Part shown: one piece after another, positions 9,404 to 18,163 of the stretch
Numbering within the stretch: the stretch's first letter is position 1
Layout of the letters: every line of letters begins with the position of its first letter
Origin: Bacteroidales bacterium
GTDB lineage: Bacteria > Bacteroidota > Bacteroidia > Bacteroidales > WRLA01
Assembly: GCA_963676415.1 (NCBI GenBank)
Contig: OY781097.1
Span: 1,596,555-1,660,554, forward strand
Reading direction: 5' to 3'
DNA length: 64,000 nucleotides
Position numbers and translations under genes: made by a program
Notes under the pieces: generated by a model
What the model was told of the DNA's origin: nothing
The model's input: only the letters and a program-made list of their open reading frames with translations
Databases searched by the model: none

Positions 9404-10891
9404 ATGTATAAATTAATTTTATCTTTTCTTGCTTTGATATGCTCCTGCATAAGCATTGCGCAAACATCATTTTACAAAACAATAGACACAGATAACTCTC
9501 TTATTTTTGCCACTGTGACTGAAGCAGAAGGAGGGGGTTTTCTTCTGGCAGTTAAAGAAGAAATACTTGAGAAAGGAAGAAATACAGGTGTAATTTATAA
9601 AATTGATAGAAATGGTAATTTTTTAAATAATCTATATTTTAGCGATACCAATAATTCTTCAGTCAGGACAATTTCCAAAAATATTGGCTCCGGATACTTG
9701 ATTGGAGGCTCTATAGACAGCATTAAAAATGATCGTATTCATCGTAGCCTTTTCATCAAAACTATTGATGAAGACTTAAATATAATAACTTCTTCTATTT
9801 TCCCCGCACAATCTGATAAGGACTACTTTAGAAAAATTAAGCCATTGACGGACAGTGTGGTGTATATTATTGTCAATGGAAAATTTGGGCCATACACCAG
9901 CATTCATAAATATAACCGCTATACCGGATTTGATAAAAAATATACGATGAGCGCAAATATGTTGTCTGCCAGTGATATTCTCTATAACAATAGTTTGGAT
10001 CGGTTTTTTGTGTTTTATCATGGTAACCTGGAAACCAAAGATCAGGAATCTGCTATTAAGATTCTTGAGCTGGATACAGATATGAATTATATTGGTTGTG
10101 AAGCAGCAACGCCTTCCTATATGAAATTTGAATGCTATGTTAGCCCTTTTACAGACACAAGCTATGTGCTATGTAGCCGGGGGACAACGAAATCGGATCC
10201 AAATATTCCTTTTAAAGATTTCAGATCCATATATTTTTATGAAAAGGATTACAATAATGACACTATCAAAGGAACTCAAATCTATCCAAAAGTTAACCCC
10301 GAAGATACAGTACTGTATTCCTTTATGCTAAACAGTGTCGCAGTAAATGAGAACAAGATTGCAGTTGGTGGTATTTATAATATTGATATTACACCTCTGT
10401 GGTACAATATGAACAAACCTACACGGGTGCAGTTGAGTATTTTTGACCGGGAGTTGAACCTGGAAAAGCAAATATATTATGGCGATGACCAAACTACTTT
10501 GTTTGGCAATGATATTCAGCCCACAATGGATGGGGGCTTTATCTTGTGTGGCCTTTGCCGCCCGATGGGAGAGCGCAAATTTAATCTGTTCCTCCTCAAA
10601 GTCAACAGCGAAGGGCTGATCACCGGCATGGACGAACCGCAAGGCATCAGCGCATCGGAAGCCGTGGTCTATCCCAACCCTGGCGGGCAGCGGTTTAAGG
10701 TAAAGCTGGCCATGCAGCACCAAAACGCCTTGCTGGAAATGTTCAGCATGAACGGCAAATTGGTTTTGCGCGAAGAAATAAACCAGCAGCAAACGGAAAT
10801 CAATACCCAAACTTTGCCGCAAGGCTGCTATACCTACCGCATTACAGCGGAAGGCAGAAAAATTGCCGTTGGGAAATGGGTGAAGGAGTAG
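9404..10891 (+). CDS. Secreted protein with T9SS C-terminal sorting domain (module copy B)
   Basis: Has its own signal peptide (MYKLILSFLALICSCISIAQ). The N-terminal ~390 aa are only weakly similar to 7019-8530. The last ~100 aa are almost identical. Confidence 0.75.
   Translation: MYKLILSFLALICSCISIAQTSFYKTIDTDNSLIFATVTEAEGGGFLLAVKEEILEKGRNTGVIYKIDRNGNFLNNLYFSDTNNSSVRTISKNIGSGYLIGGSIDSIKNDRIHRSLFIKTIDEDLNIITSSIFPAQSDKDYFRKIKPLTDSVVYIIVNGKFGPYTSIHKYNRYTGFDKKYTMSANMLSASDILYNNSLDRFFVFYHGNLETKDQESAIKILELDTDMNYIGCEAATPSYMKFECYVSPFTDTSYVLCSRGTTKSDPNIPFKDFRSIYFYEKDYNNDTIKGTQIYPKVNPEDTVLYSFMLNSVAVNENKIAVGGIYNIDITPLWYNMNKPTRVQLSIFDRELNLEKQIYYGDDQTTLFGNDIQPTMDGGFILCGLCRPMGERKFNLFLLKVNSEGLITGMDEPQGISASEAVVYPNPGGQRFKVKLAMQHQNALLEMFSMNGKLVLREEINQQQTEINTQTLPQGCYTYRITAEGRKIAVGKWVKE
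10588..10891 (+). repeat. Conserved handle 2, copy B
   Basis: See 8227-8530. Confidence 0.85.
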
Positions 10892-10929
10892 ATTTATTCG
10901 ATCTGCTTCACATCCGACACGGAGGATCA

Positions 10930-11222
10930 AAATAAGTTTATAGAGGTCAGTATGTAAGTGCATATCAACATAGACCGATATTAATTGAATTATATGGATT
11001 AGATTTCTCTGCCGAAGATTCGGCATCGAAATGACTTTTTGGTGTTTTCAAGAGGCAAAGGCAGCGAGGACACAATGAAAATCTTATAATGAGTCCTCGC
11101 TGCCTTTGTCGAAACAACTGATTAAAAAGTCATTTCGACGACCAACGGGAGGAGAAATCTATTCATAAAGAGTGTTATTAAACTATGTTATGTATTTATC
11201 TACTGACTTCTATAAGTTTATT
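10930..11222. repeat. ~290-bp imperfect palindrome (MITE-like or structured element)
   Basis: The core at 11001-11160 is strongly self-complementary. Examples: ggcaaaggcagcgaggac (11053-11070) vs gtcctcgctgcctttgtc (11093-11110), and cgaaatgacttttt vs aaaaagtcatttcg. The outer arms aaataagtttatagaggtcagta / tactgacttctataagtttatt pair imperfectly. Confidence 0.6.
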
Positions 11223-11299
11223 ACAATATAACGAAGCCTCTTTTTCGAGGCTTCATATTATTATAATGCGTATTTATCATTTTTTTAAGACAATTATGC

Positions 11300-11479
11300 T
11301 AGCCTGATTAATTCATGAAATTTCGTCATGAGAGCACAAAACGCAATAAGAGAAAGGGAGCGCATATTTTTGGCGCACAGGAATAGCCATAGCTATTTTG
11401 AGCACCAAAAAGATAGCATTCCTTTCTATTGCAGCGGTTTGTGCTCGCAATAGAATATTTTATGAATTATTCAGGCTAG
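11300..11479. repeat. ~180-bp imperfect palindrome, unrelated in sequence to the first
   Basis: ctagcctgattaattcatgaaat ... attttatgaattattcaggctag at the termini. Inner arms gagcacaaaacgc / gcggtttgtgctc and tttttggcgc / gcaccaaaaa. Centre near 11388. Confidence 0.6.
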
Positions 11480-11590
11480 AAGCCTTTGTGTGGCTCATAA
11501 AAAGCCAGATACAAATTTTTTTGGCCTAATTAAGACCAATTCTTAATTTTATTTCCCCATTTAATATTTATTTTCGCCACATATTTTGTG

Positions 11591-13285
11591 ATGGGTATGG
11601 AATATACACTACTGGATTTTTTGACCCTTGCCGGATCCCTGGGATTATTTCTTTTTGGGATGAAACTGATGAGCGAAGCCCTTCAGAAAGTTGCGGGGAA
11701 AAAGCTGCGTAATTTTCTGGCAGCCATGACTTCAAACCGTTTTACGGGTGTACTTACCGGTGTTCTGATCACGGCCATCATACAATCATCAAGCGCCACC
11801 ACGGTTATGATTGTCAGCTTTGTTAATGCAGGGCTGCTTACCCTTGTTGAATCTGTTGGCGTTATTATGGGCGCCAATATCGGCACAACCGTTACCGCCT
11901 GGCTTATCAGCATACTTGGCTTTAAAGTTAAAATGAGCTTGCTGGCTTATCCGATTATTGGTATTGGTTTTCCTTTTCTGTTTTCAAAGAAGACAAGCAA
12001 CCAATCATGGGGCCAGGTACTTGTTGGATTTGCGATATTGTTTATCGGCCTTGAAAACCTGAAAGACAGCGTTCCGAATATTGGTGAAAACCCCGAAATA
12101 CTTGAGTTTCTGAAGAATTTCACAGGAATGGGCCTGGCTTCAAATCTTTTGTTTTTGCTGATCGGCACGGTTTTGACGGTAATCATACAATCATCCAGCG
12201 CCACTATGGCGTTAACACTGGTTATGTGCAATAATGGCTGGATTGGCATTGAACCCGCAGCAGCCATGGTTCTGGGCGAAAATATCGGCACAACCATTAC
12301 GGCAAATATCGCAGCAACGGTGGCAAATTCCACAGCAAAAAGGGCAGCACGTATTCATTTGCTTTTCAATGTAATCGGTGTAGTTTGGGTGCTCTCAATC
12401 ATGTCGCTTTTCCTTGACGGGATTGTTGGAATAACCCAAAATATGACTGGAAAATCTGCATATACCTGTTTTGCTGCTGTTCCTATTGCCTTATCGCTTT
12501 TTCATACCAGTTTCAATATCCTGAACGTAATCCTGCAGATCGGATTTGTGAAATATTTGGTTAAGCTGGTTGAAAAGATGGTTCCGATCAAAGATGAAGA
12601 GGAGGAGTTTACACTGAAACACATTAAGATAGGAATGCTCAACACCAGTGAGCTATCGCTGATACAGGCAAAAAAGGAAATCCAGGATTATGCCCAGCAA
12701 ACCAAAAAGCTCTTTAGCCGCCTGCAAAATATGCTGTACGAAAAAAAAGACCGCGTTTTCAACAAGCAGTTTGACAAAGTAGATAATGGTGAAAACAAAA
12801 GCGACGATATGGAAGTAGCCATTGCAAAATACCTCACAAAAGTTTCGGAAAGCGGCTTGAGCAAAGCATCATCAAAAAGGATCAGCTCCATGCTGAAAAT
12901 TATTGATGAAATCGAAAGTATGGGCGACTCCTGCCTGAATATAGCACGGGCAATGCAGCGTGGACGGAAAAAGAGTCAGAAGATTAGCCCGGAAATGAAA
13001 GAAAACATTGGAATAATGTTTCAACTCGTGGATGAGGCTTTTGAAATAATGATGGAAAACCTGGAAGAACATCATTACAGAGTTACCAAAACGCGGGCTA
13101 AAAAGATTGAATCAAAGATCAACGATTACCGCAACAAACTTAGAAACCAGCATGTACATGACATTGAAAACGACAAATATAACTACGGTGCCGGTACGCT
13201 TTACAAAGATATTTTCAGTGAATCAGAAAAACTAGCCGATCATATTTATGATGTTACTGTTTCTATTGTGGAATCGGTTGAATAG
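11591..13285 (+). CDS. Na+/phosphate cotransporter family protein with C-terminal PhoU-like domain
   Basis: Duplicated QSSSATT / QSSSATMA transporter motifs and GANIGTT / GENIGTT motifs. C-terminal helical PhoU-like region. ATG at 11591 (a GTG at 11588 is also possible). Confidence 0.8.
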   Translation: MGMEYTLLDFLTLAGSLGLFLFGMKLMSEALQKVAGKKLRNFLAAMTSNRFTGVLTGVLITAIIQSSSATTVMIVSFVNAGLLTLVESVGVIMGANIGTTVTAWLISILGFKVKMSLLAYPIIGIGFPFLFSKKTSNQSWGQVLVGFAILFIGLENLKDSVPNIGENPEILEFLKNFTGMGLASNLLFLLIGTVLTVIIQSSSATMALTLVMCNNGWIGIEPAAAMVLGENIGTTITANIAATVANSTAKRAARIHLLFNVIGVVWVLSIMSLFLDGIVGITQNMTGKSAYTCFAAVPIALSLFHTSFNILNVILQIGFVKYLVKLVEKMVPIKDEEEEFTLKHIKIGMLNTSELSLIQAKKEIQDYAQQTKKLFSRLQNMLYEKKDRVFNKQFDKVDNGENKSDDMEVAIAKYLTKVSESGLSKASSKRISSMLKIIDEIESMGDSCLNIARAMQRGRKKSQKISPEMKENIGIMFQLVDEAFEIMMENLEEHHYRVTKTRAKKIESKINDYRNKLRNQHVHDIENDKYNYGAGTLYKDIFSESEKLADHIYDVTVSIVESVE

Positions 13286-13937
13286 CTCGTTTCCCATGGT
13301 GTCATGAACTCTGCTGTTTTGCAATAAATAATGTCATAAACTTGTCTGGCACAAAACTTTGAGTAATTTTGTTACTCAGTTTGCAATAGTATGGGCTATA
13401 CGATACCAATATCCCCCACAAGGGAAAAGTCCCCCGGGAGACTAAATCCTGTAATTTCAGATTATCTCGACGGCTTAAACAATCTATTTAAATATAGTTA
13501 CTTAGTGCTATTTCTTAGTGTTGGATAGTAAAAACCGAAACAGCGATATCAAATGTATTATGCATGAATTAATCAAACTTGATATCAATTTCAAAATATT
13601 TTATTATCAGGAAATCAAAGAAATACAACAGGAGCAATTTTCCCATGAGCAGACAATAATTATCTTTGCTGTGAGAAATACACCAGCGGAACTGTTTAGA
13701 GCATAAAGCAATAAAAGGTACTGCTATTCAATAAAAACCGCAGAAAATTATTGCGGTTTAAAATGTTTTAAAACAAATAGTTAGGCAATAATTGCTGTGA
13801 CTTACAAGGCGAAAGCATGCCTGTAGGGACAGTACACAGAAAACAATGATGCGGCTGATAATTTCTGATTGTATTTTATCTGTTAGGGTTCGTTTGATCT
13901 GTGTGCTATATCAATCAAAGAAATTAAACATCAAATC

Positions 13938-14969
13938 ATGAACAACATAAAATTACTCATTACAGGAGGGACAGGCTCATTTGGAAATGCCGTTCTTCAC
14001 CGCTTTATCAATGATGATCGTTTTGCGGAAATCCGGATATTTTCGAGAGATGAAAAAAAACAGGACGATATGCGTAAACGCCTGAACAACCCTAAGGTGA
14101 AATTTTATATTGGTGATGTACGCGATCCAAAATCTGTGGAAATGGTTGTAAACGGTGTTGATTATATTTTTCATGCAGCAGCCTTGAAGCAGGTTCCGTC
14201 TTGTGAATTTTTTCCGGTTGAAGCCGTAAAAACAAACATCCTGGGAACAGATAATGTTTTGGGTGCAGCAGAGCACTACGGTGTAAAACGGGTCGTGGTT
14301 TTGAGCACGGATAAAGCCGCCTACCCCATCAACGCCATGGGAATGTCGAAAGCTTTGATGGAAAAAGTGATGATTGCCCGTTCACGAAACCTCGATGACA
14401 GCAAAACTGTTTTTTGTGGCACACGCTACGGAAATGTAATGGCCTCGAGAGGTTCGGTTATTCCGCTCTTTATTGAGCAGATAAAATCCGGTAAAGACCT
14501 TACTATTACCGATCCGTCCATGACACGCTTTATGATGACGCTGGAAGATGCTGTTGACCTGGTGCTTTATGCTTTTGAACACGGTGATAATGGCGATATT
14601 TTTGTGCAAAAAGCGCCCGCAGCAACTATTGAAGTTCTAGCAAAGGCGCTTCTGGAGCTTTACCAATCAGACAGTGAAATCAAGATCATAGGAACACGAC
14701 ATGGAGAAAAACTTTATGAAACTTTGGTGAACCGCGAAGATATGGTCAAAGCACAGGATATGGGAAATTACTACCGGATTCCAGCCGATAACCGTGACCT
14801 GAACTACGAGCGCTATTTCAGCGAAGGCGTTGAAGACGTGACCCAATTTGAAGAATATCATTCGCACAATACCGACCGACTGGATATTGAAGGAATGAAA
14901 AAGCTGCTGCTCAAACTTCCTGAAATCCGACGTGATCTTATTGGAGAAAAGGAGGGAAGGAATTATTAA
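13938..14969 (+). CDS. fnlA: UDP-N-acetylglucosamine 4,6-dehydratase/5-epimerase (FnlA/CapE/WbjB type)
   Basis: LITGGTGSFGNA Rossmann motif. Short (343 aa) CapD-like SDR. VVLSTDKAAYPINAMGMSKALMEK catalytic region. Followed by CapF-like and 2-epimerase genes. Confidence 0.8.
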   Translation: MNNIKLLITGGTGSFGNAVLHRFINDDRFAEIRIFSRDEKKQDDMRKRLNNPKVKFYIGDVRDPKSVEMVVNGVDYIFHAAALKQVPSCEFFPVEAVKTNILGTDNVLGAAEHYGVKRVVVLSTDKAAYPINAMGMSKALMEKVMIARSRNLDDSKTVFCGTRYGNVMASRGSVIPLFIEQIKSGKDLTITDPSMTRFMMTLEDAVDLVLYAFEHGDNGDIFVQKAPAATIEVLAKALLELYQSDSEIKIIGTRHGEKLYETLVNREDMVKAQDMGNYYRIPADNRDLNYERYFSEGVEDVTQFEEYHSHNTDRLDIEGMKKLLLKLPEIRRDLIGEKEGRNY

Positions 14970-15027
14970 GATTTGTTGCACAGTGTTCATGGCGTAATAC
15001 ACAGATTAACACAGCGAAAGATAAATT

Positions 15028-16170
15028 ATGATTAAGATTGGAATAACGGGACAAGCCGGGTTTATCGGCATGCATCTATTTAACACGCTCGGGCTATATC
15101 CCGGGAAATTTGAACGAATCCCTTTTGAGGATGATTACTATAAGGATGGTCAAAAGCTGAATGATTTCGTTTCAAAGTGCGATGTTATCGTTCATCTGGC
15201 AGCATTAAACCGCCATAAAAATCCGCGTGTAATTTATAATACAAATATCCTTTTGGTAAAGAGCCTGATCAAAGCCTGTGAGGAAACAAAATCAAGGCCG
15301 CATATCATCTTTTCGTCCAGTACACAGGAAAAGCTCAATAACCTGTACGGAAAATCCAAAAAAGAAGGAAAGGAACTGTTGACGCAATGGGCTATCCGCA
15401 ATAATGCCTCATTCAGTGCTTTTGTAATACCGAATGTTTTTGGCCCTTTCGGACAGCCCTACTATAATTCCGTTGTTGCTACCTTTTGCCATCAGCTTAC
15501 ACACAATGAAAAGCCTATTATCGAAAAAGATGCCGAATTAAAACTGATATATGTCGGCGAGCTTGTGCTGTATTTTATGCAAGTCATTGAAGATGTGCAA
15601 AAAATGGAATTAAAAGGCAAACCTGCTCTTCAGCAAGTGGATATTCCACCAACCACAAAAACAAAAGTATCTGGCTTGCTTCAGGTTCTTGAATCGTTCC
15701 GTGAAGGATATTTTGGACGTGGCGAAATTCCTGACCTTAGCTCTCCGGCAACATGCAATATGTGGAATACATTTCTTACATATGTCGAATTTGATAAAAT
15801 TTTCCCTTTTAAATTAAACGTTCATGCAGATGAGCGAGGCAGCTTTTCTGAGACGTTTCGGACAAATAGCGGCGGGCAAGGAAGTTTTTCCGTAACGGCT
15901 CCGGGTATCACACGCGGCAATCACTTCCATACACGTAAAACCGAGCGTTTTGCCGTAATAAAAGGAAAAGCCAAAATTGAATTCCGGAGAATTGGCACGG
16001 ACAAGGTTTTTACATTTGAACTGGATGGCAATCAACCTTCATTTGTTGATATGCCCGTGTGGTTTACCCACAATATTACAAATATCGGAGAAGAGGATCT
16101 CTATACCGTTTTCTGGATAAATGAGCATTTTGATTCTAATAACCCGGACACCTATTTTGAAGAAGTTTAG
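15028..16170 (+). CDS. fnlB: CapF/FnlB/WbjC-type reductase (SDR N-domain plus C-terminal cupin)
   Basis: GITGQAGFIG Rossmann motif. C-terminal cupin-like segment (DERGSFSE...TRGNHFHTRKTERF). The size and position between fnlA and fnlC fit the family. Confidence 0.7.
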   Translation: MIKIGITGQAGFIGMHLFNTLGLYPGKFERIPFEDDYYKDGQKLNDFVSKCDVIVHLAALNRHKNPRVIYNTNILLVKSLIKACEETKSRPHIIFSSSTQEKLNNLYGKSKKEGKELLTQWAIRNNASFSAFVIPNVFGPFGQPYYNSVVATFCHQLTHNEKPIIEKDAELKLIYVGELVLYFMQVIEDVQKMELKGKPALQQVDIPPTTKTKVSGLLQVLESFREGYFGRGEIPDLSSPATCNMWNTFLTYVEFDKIFPFKLNVHADERGSFSETFRTNSGGQGSFSVTAPGITRGNHFHTRKTERFAVIKGKAKIEFRRIGTDKVFTFELDGNQPSFVDMPVWFTHNITNIGEEDLYTVFWINEHFDSNNPDTYFEEV

Positions 16171-16262
16171 TTAGTTATCAGTGAATAGTTATCAGTGAAT
16201 AGTTATCAGTGATTACTGATCACTAATTACTGATTACTGATCACTAATTACTGATTACTGAA
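16171..16262. repeat. Heptamer-periodic tandem array
   Basis: (tagttat cagtgaa) x3 is followed by (tactgat cactaat tactgat) x2 plus a partial unit. It begins directly after the fnlB stop codon and ends 33 nt before the four-helix-bundle ATG. Confidence 0.85.
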
Positions 16263-16295
16263 ATGTGTCCTTTAATTACCCATAAACCAGAAAAC

Positions 16296-16649
16296 ATGAA
16301 AACACATCACGACCTTGAGGTTTGGAAACAGTCTATTAGTCTCGTAACTGAGATCTATGAATGCACGAAAAAATATCCACAAATTGAACAATATGGCTTA
16401 ACAAACCAGATTAGGCGATCTGCTGTATCCGTTCCTTCCAATATTGCTGAGGGAGCGGGAAGGTCTTCAACGAAAGAGTTTGCGCATTTTTTATCTATCG
16501 CATTAGGCTCCCTCACTGAATTAGAGACTCAATTAATTATTTCAAAAAATCTAGTATTTCTAGAAAAAGATACATTTGAGCATTTGATGGAGCAAATAAT
16601 TGCAATAAGAAAAATGATAGTTGGACTAAAAAAGTCTATATTTAAATAG
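16296..16649 (+). CDS. Four-helix-bundle protein (23S rRNA intervening-sequence protein / Avd-like family)
   Basis: 117 aa. HHDLEVWKQSISLVTEIYECTKKYP..E.YGLTNQIRRSAVSVPSNIAEGAGR.S.KEF..FL.IALGSL.ELETQL is the hallmark of this family. Confidence 0.85.
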   Translation: MKTHHDLEVWKQSISLVTEIYECTKKYPQIEQYGLTNQIRRSAVSVPSNIAEGAGRSSTKEFAHFLSIALGSLTELETQLIISKNLVFLEKDTFEHLMEQIIAIRKMIVGLKKSIFK

Positions 16650-16650
16650 A

Positions 16651-16800
16651 GTTCGTCTATAAAGTCGTGTTTCTGGTTCAGAATGTTTGAGGTCGAGGCA
16701 TTCTTGGTATTGAAAATAAGGAGTCCCGTACGTACGGGATGACTGGTTTCAATACCGAGAATAACGCTGAGATCGGACATTATGGACAGAAACTAAATAG
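16651..16800 (+). repeat. ~150-nt structured repeat element, copy 1
   Basis: Aligns with 42345-42498 over its whole length (gtctataaagtcg...tcagaatgtt.gag.tcgaggcattc...ggagtcccgt..gtacgggatgact...gaataa...gacattatggaca.aaacta.atag). Contains a 16-bp stem (16700-16715 / 16747-16762) and the apical hairpin tcccgtacgtacggga. Confidence 0.8.
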
Positions 16801-16851
16801 TTTTCCAAACATCTGAATAAAAGTATAATGACAAATAACCCATCACCGATC

Positions 16852-18042
16852 ATGCGACTTAAAGTAATCACCGTAGTAGGCACACGCCCCGAGATCATCC
16901 GCCTTTCGCGCGTAATGGCCAAACTTGACGAATCCAAAGCCATTGAGCACATTACAGTTCATACCGGACAAAATTACGACTACGAGCTCAATGAGATTTT
17001 TTATGAAGACCTCGGTGTCCGAAAACCTGATTATTTCCTCAATGCAGCGGGTAAAACGGCAACCGAAACTGTTGGCCGGATCCTGATCAATATTGAGCCC
17101 ATCCTGGAAAAGGAAAAACCGGATGCATTTTTGGTTCTCGGCGATACCAACTCCTGCCTCTGTGCTATACCGGCCAAAAAGCGCCATATTCCAATCTTCC
17201 ATATGGAAGCAGGAAACCGTTGCTTCGACCAAAGGGTGCCAGAGGAAACCAACCGTAAAATAGTCGATCATATTTCGGATATAAACCTGACGTATTCTTC
17301 AATAGCCCGCGAATATCTTTTGCGCGAAGGTTTGCCGGCCGACCGGATTATAAAAACCGGCAGCCCGATGAAAGAAGTGCTGGATTATTATATGCCTCAG
17401 ATAAAATCATCAGATGTTTTGAAGCGCCTGAAACTCGAAAAAGGCAAATTCTTTGTGGTCTCCGCACATCGGGAAGAAAATATTAGCAGCGAAAAGAATT
17501 TTAAAGGCCTAATTGACTCCCTAAACCTGATTGCTGAGAAATATAATTTTCCGATTATCGTCAGCACGCATCCCCGTACACGCAAAAAACTGGAAGCCTT
17601 AGTTTCACAGAGTCATAAGGAGGATGTCACAGGGCCAGGTAGTGAAACCAAAAATGAAACCAACATTAGCCCACTAATCCAATGGATGAAACCACTGGGT
17701 TTTTCCGATTATAACGCATTGCAAATGAACGCCTTTGCTGTTTTATCGGATTCCGGGACAATCTCGGAAGAATCATCCACAATGAATTTCCGCGCACTAA
17801 ATATCCGTGAAGCACACGAACGGCCTGAAGCAATGGAAGAGGCAAGCGTAATGATGGTCGGATTAAACCGGGATAGGATTTTGCAGGGATTAGAGCAGTT
17901 GCACCATCAGGAAACCGGCGATGAGAGAAATTTCCGTCCTGTAAATGACTATTCCATGCCGAATGTGAGCGATAAGATGGTACGGATTATTCTAAGCTAT
18001 ACCGACTATATTAAGAGGACGGTCTGGAGTGAAGACGTTTAA
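16852..18042 (+). CDS. fnlC: UDP-N-acetylglucosamine 2-epimerase, non-hydrolysing (FnlC/CapG/WbjD type)
   Basis: MRLKVITVVGTRPEIIRLSRVM, HTGQNYD, GDTNS and HMEAGNR motifs. An alternative ATG at 16828 adds 8 aa. Confidence 0.85.
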   Translation: MRLKVITVVGTRPEIIRLSRVMAKLDESKAIEHITVHTGQNYDYELNEIFYEDLGVRKPDYFLNAAGKTATETVGRILINIEPILEKEKPDAFLVLGDTNSCLCAIPAKKRHIPIFHMEAGNRCFDQRVPEETNRKIVDHISDINLTYSSIAREYLLREGLPADRIIKTGSPMKEVLDYYMPQIKSSDVLKRLKLEKGKFFVVSAHREENISSEKNFKGLIDSLNLIAEKYNFPIIVSTHPRTRKKLEALVSQSHKEDVTGPGSETKNETNISPLIQWMKPLGFSDYNALQMNAFAVLSDSGTISEESSTMNFRALNIREAHERPEAMEEASVMMVGLNRDRILQGLEQLHHQETGDERNFRPVNDYSMPNVSDKMVRIILSYTDYIKRTVWSEDV

Positions 18043-18163
18043 TCCAGTAGCATTACCTTCAGGGCAAAAATGAGATTTCGTTAGTAGGCTCATGTTATTA
18101 CAAACAGTTCATAAAAACTGATAAATATCAGAAACCAAATACAAGCAATTTTCCCCAAAAAAA

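Noticed and set aside
10328-11026. A 232-aa minus-strand ORF, plus similar long antisense ORFs (8021-8449, 4227-4769, 4815-5411, 36013-36549, 45650-46132, 37667-38092).
   Set aside because: All lie antisense to well-supported genes with clear motifs and have low-complexity or unrecognisable products. 10328-11026 and 8021-8449 are simply the shadows of the two near-identical CTD segments.
13347-13362. A TGGCACaaaacTTTGa motif resembling a sigma-54 -24 element upstream of the glycan locus.
   Set aside because: There is no GC at the -12 position with correct spacing. It lies about 590 nt from the first gene and no nearby activator gene exists. Other TGGCAC occurrences (14415, 25020, 37189, 41219) are inside coding regions.
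13518-13706. A 62-aa ORF in the spacer before the glycan locus.
   Set aside because: It has a GTG start, a very AT-rich low-complexity sequence and no recognisable motif. Its only support is the hairpin downstream.
16171-16262. A tandem repeat array that might be taken for a CRISPR array.
   Set aside because: The units are 7 nt (14/21-nt super-units) with no unique spacers. The array is 92 bp in total and there are no cas genes.
16296-16649. A possible diversity-generating retroelement, because the four-helix-bundle protein belongs to the Avd family and lectin-like FISUMP proteins (61809-64000) could be DGR targets.
   Set aside because: No reverse transcriptase ORF exists anywhere in the window. 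No template/variable repeat pair is present. The 3' ends of the two FISUMP genes are not similar at nucleotide level to each other or to any intergenic segment I could see.
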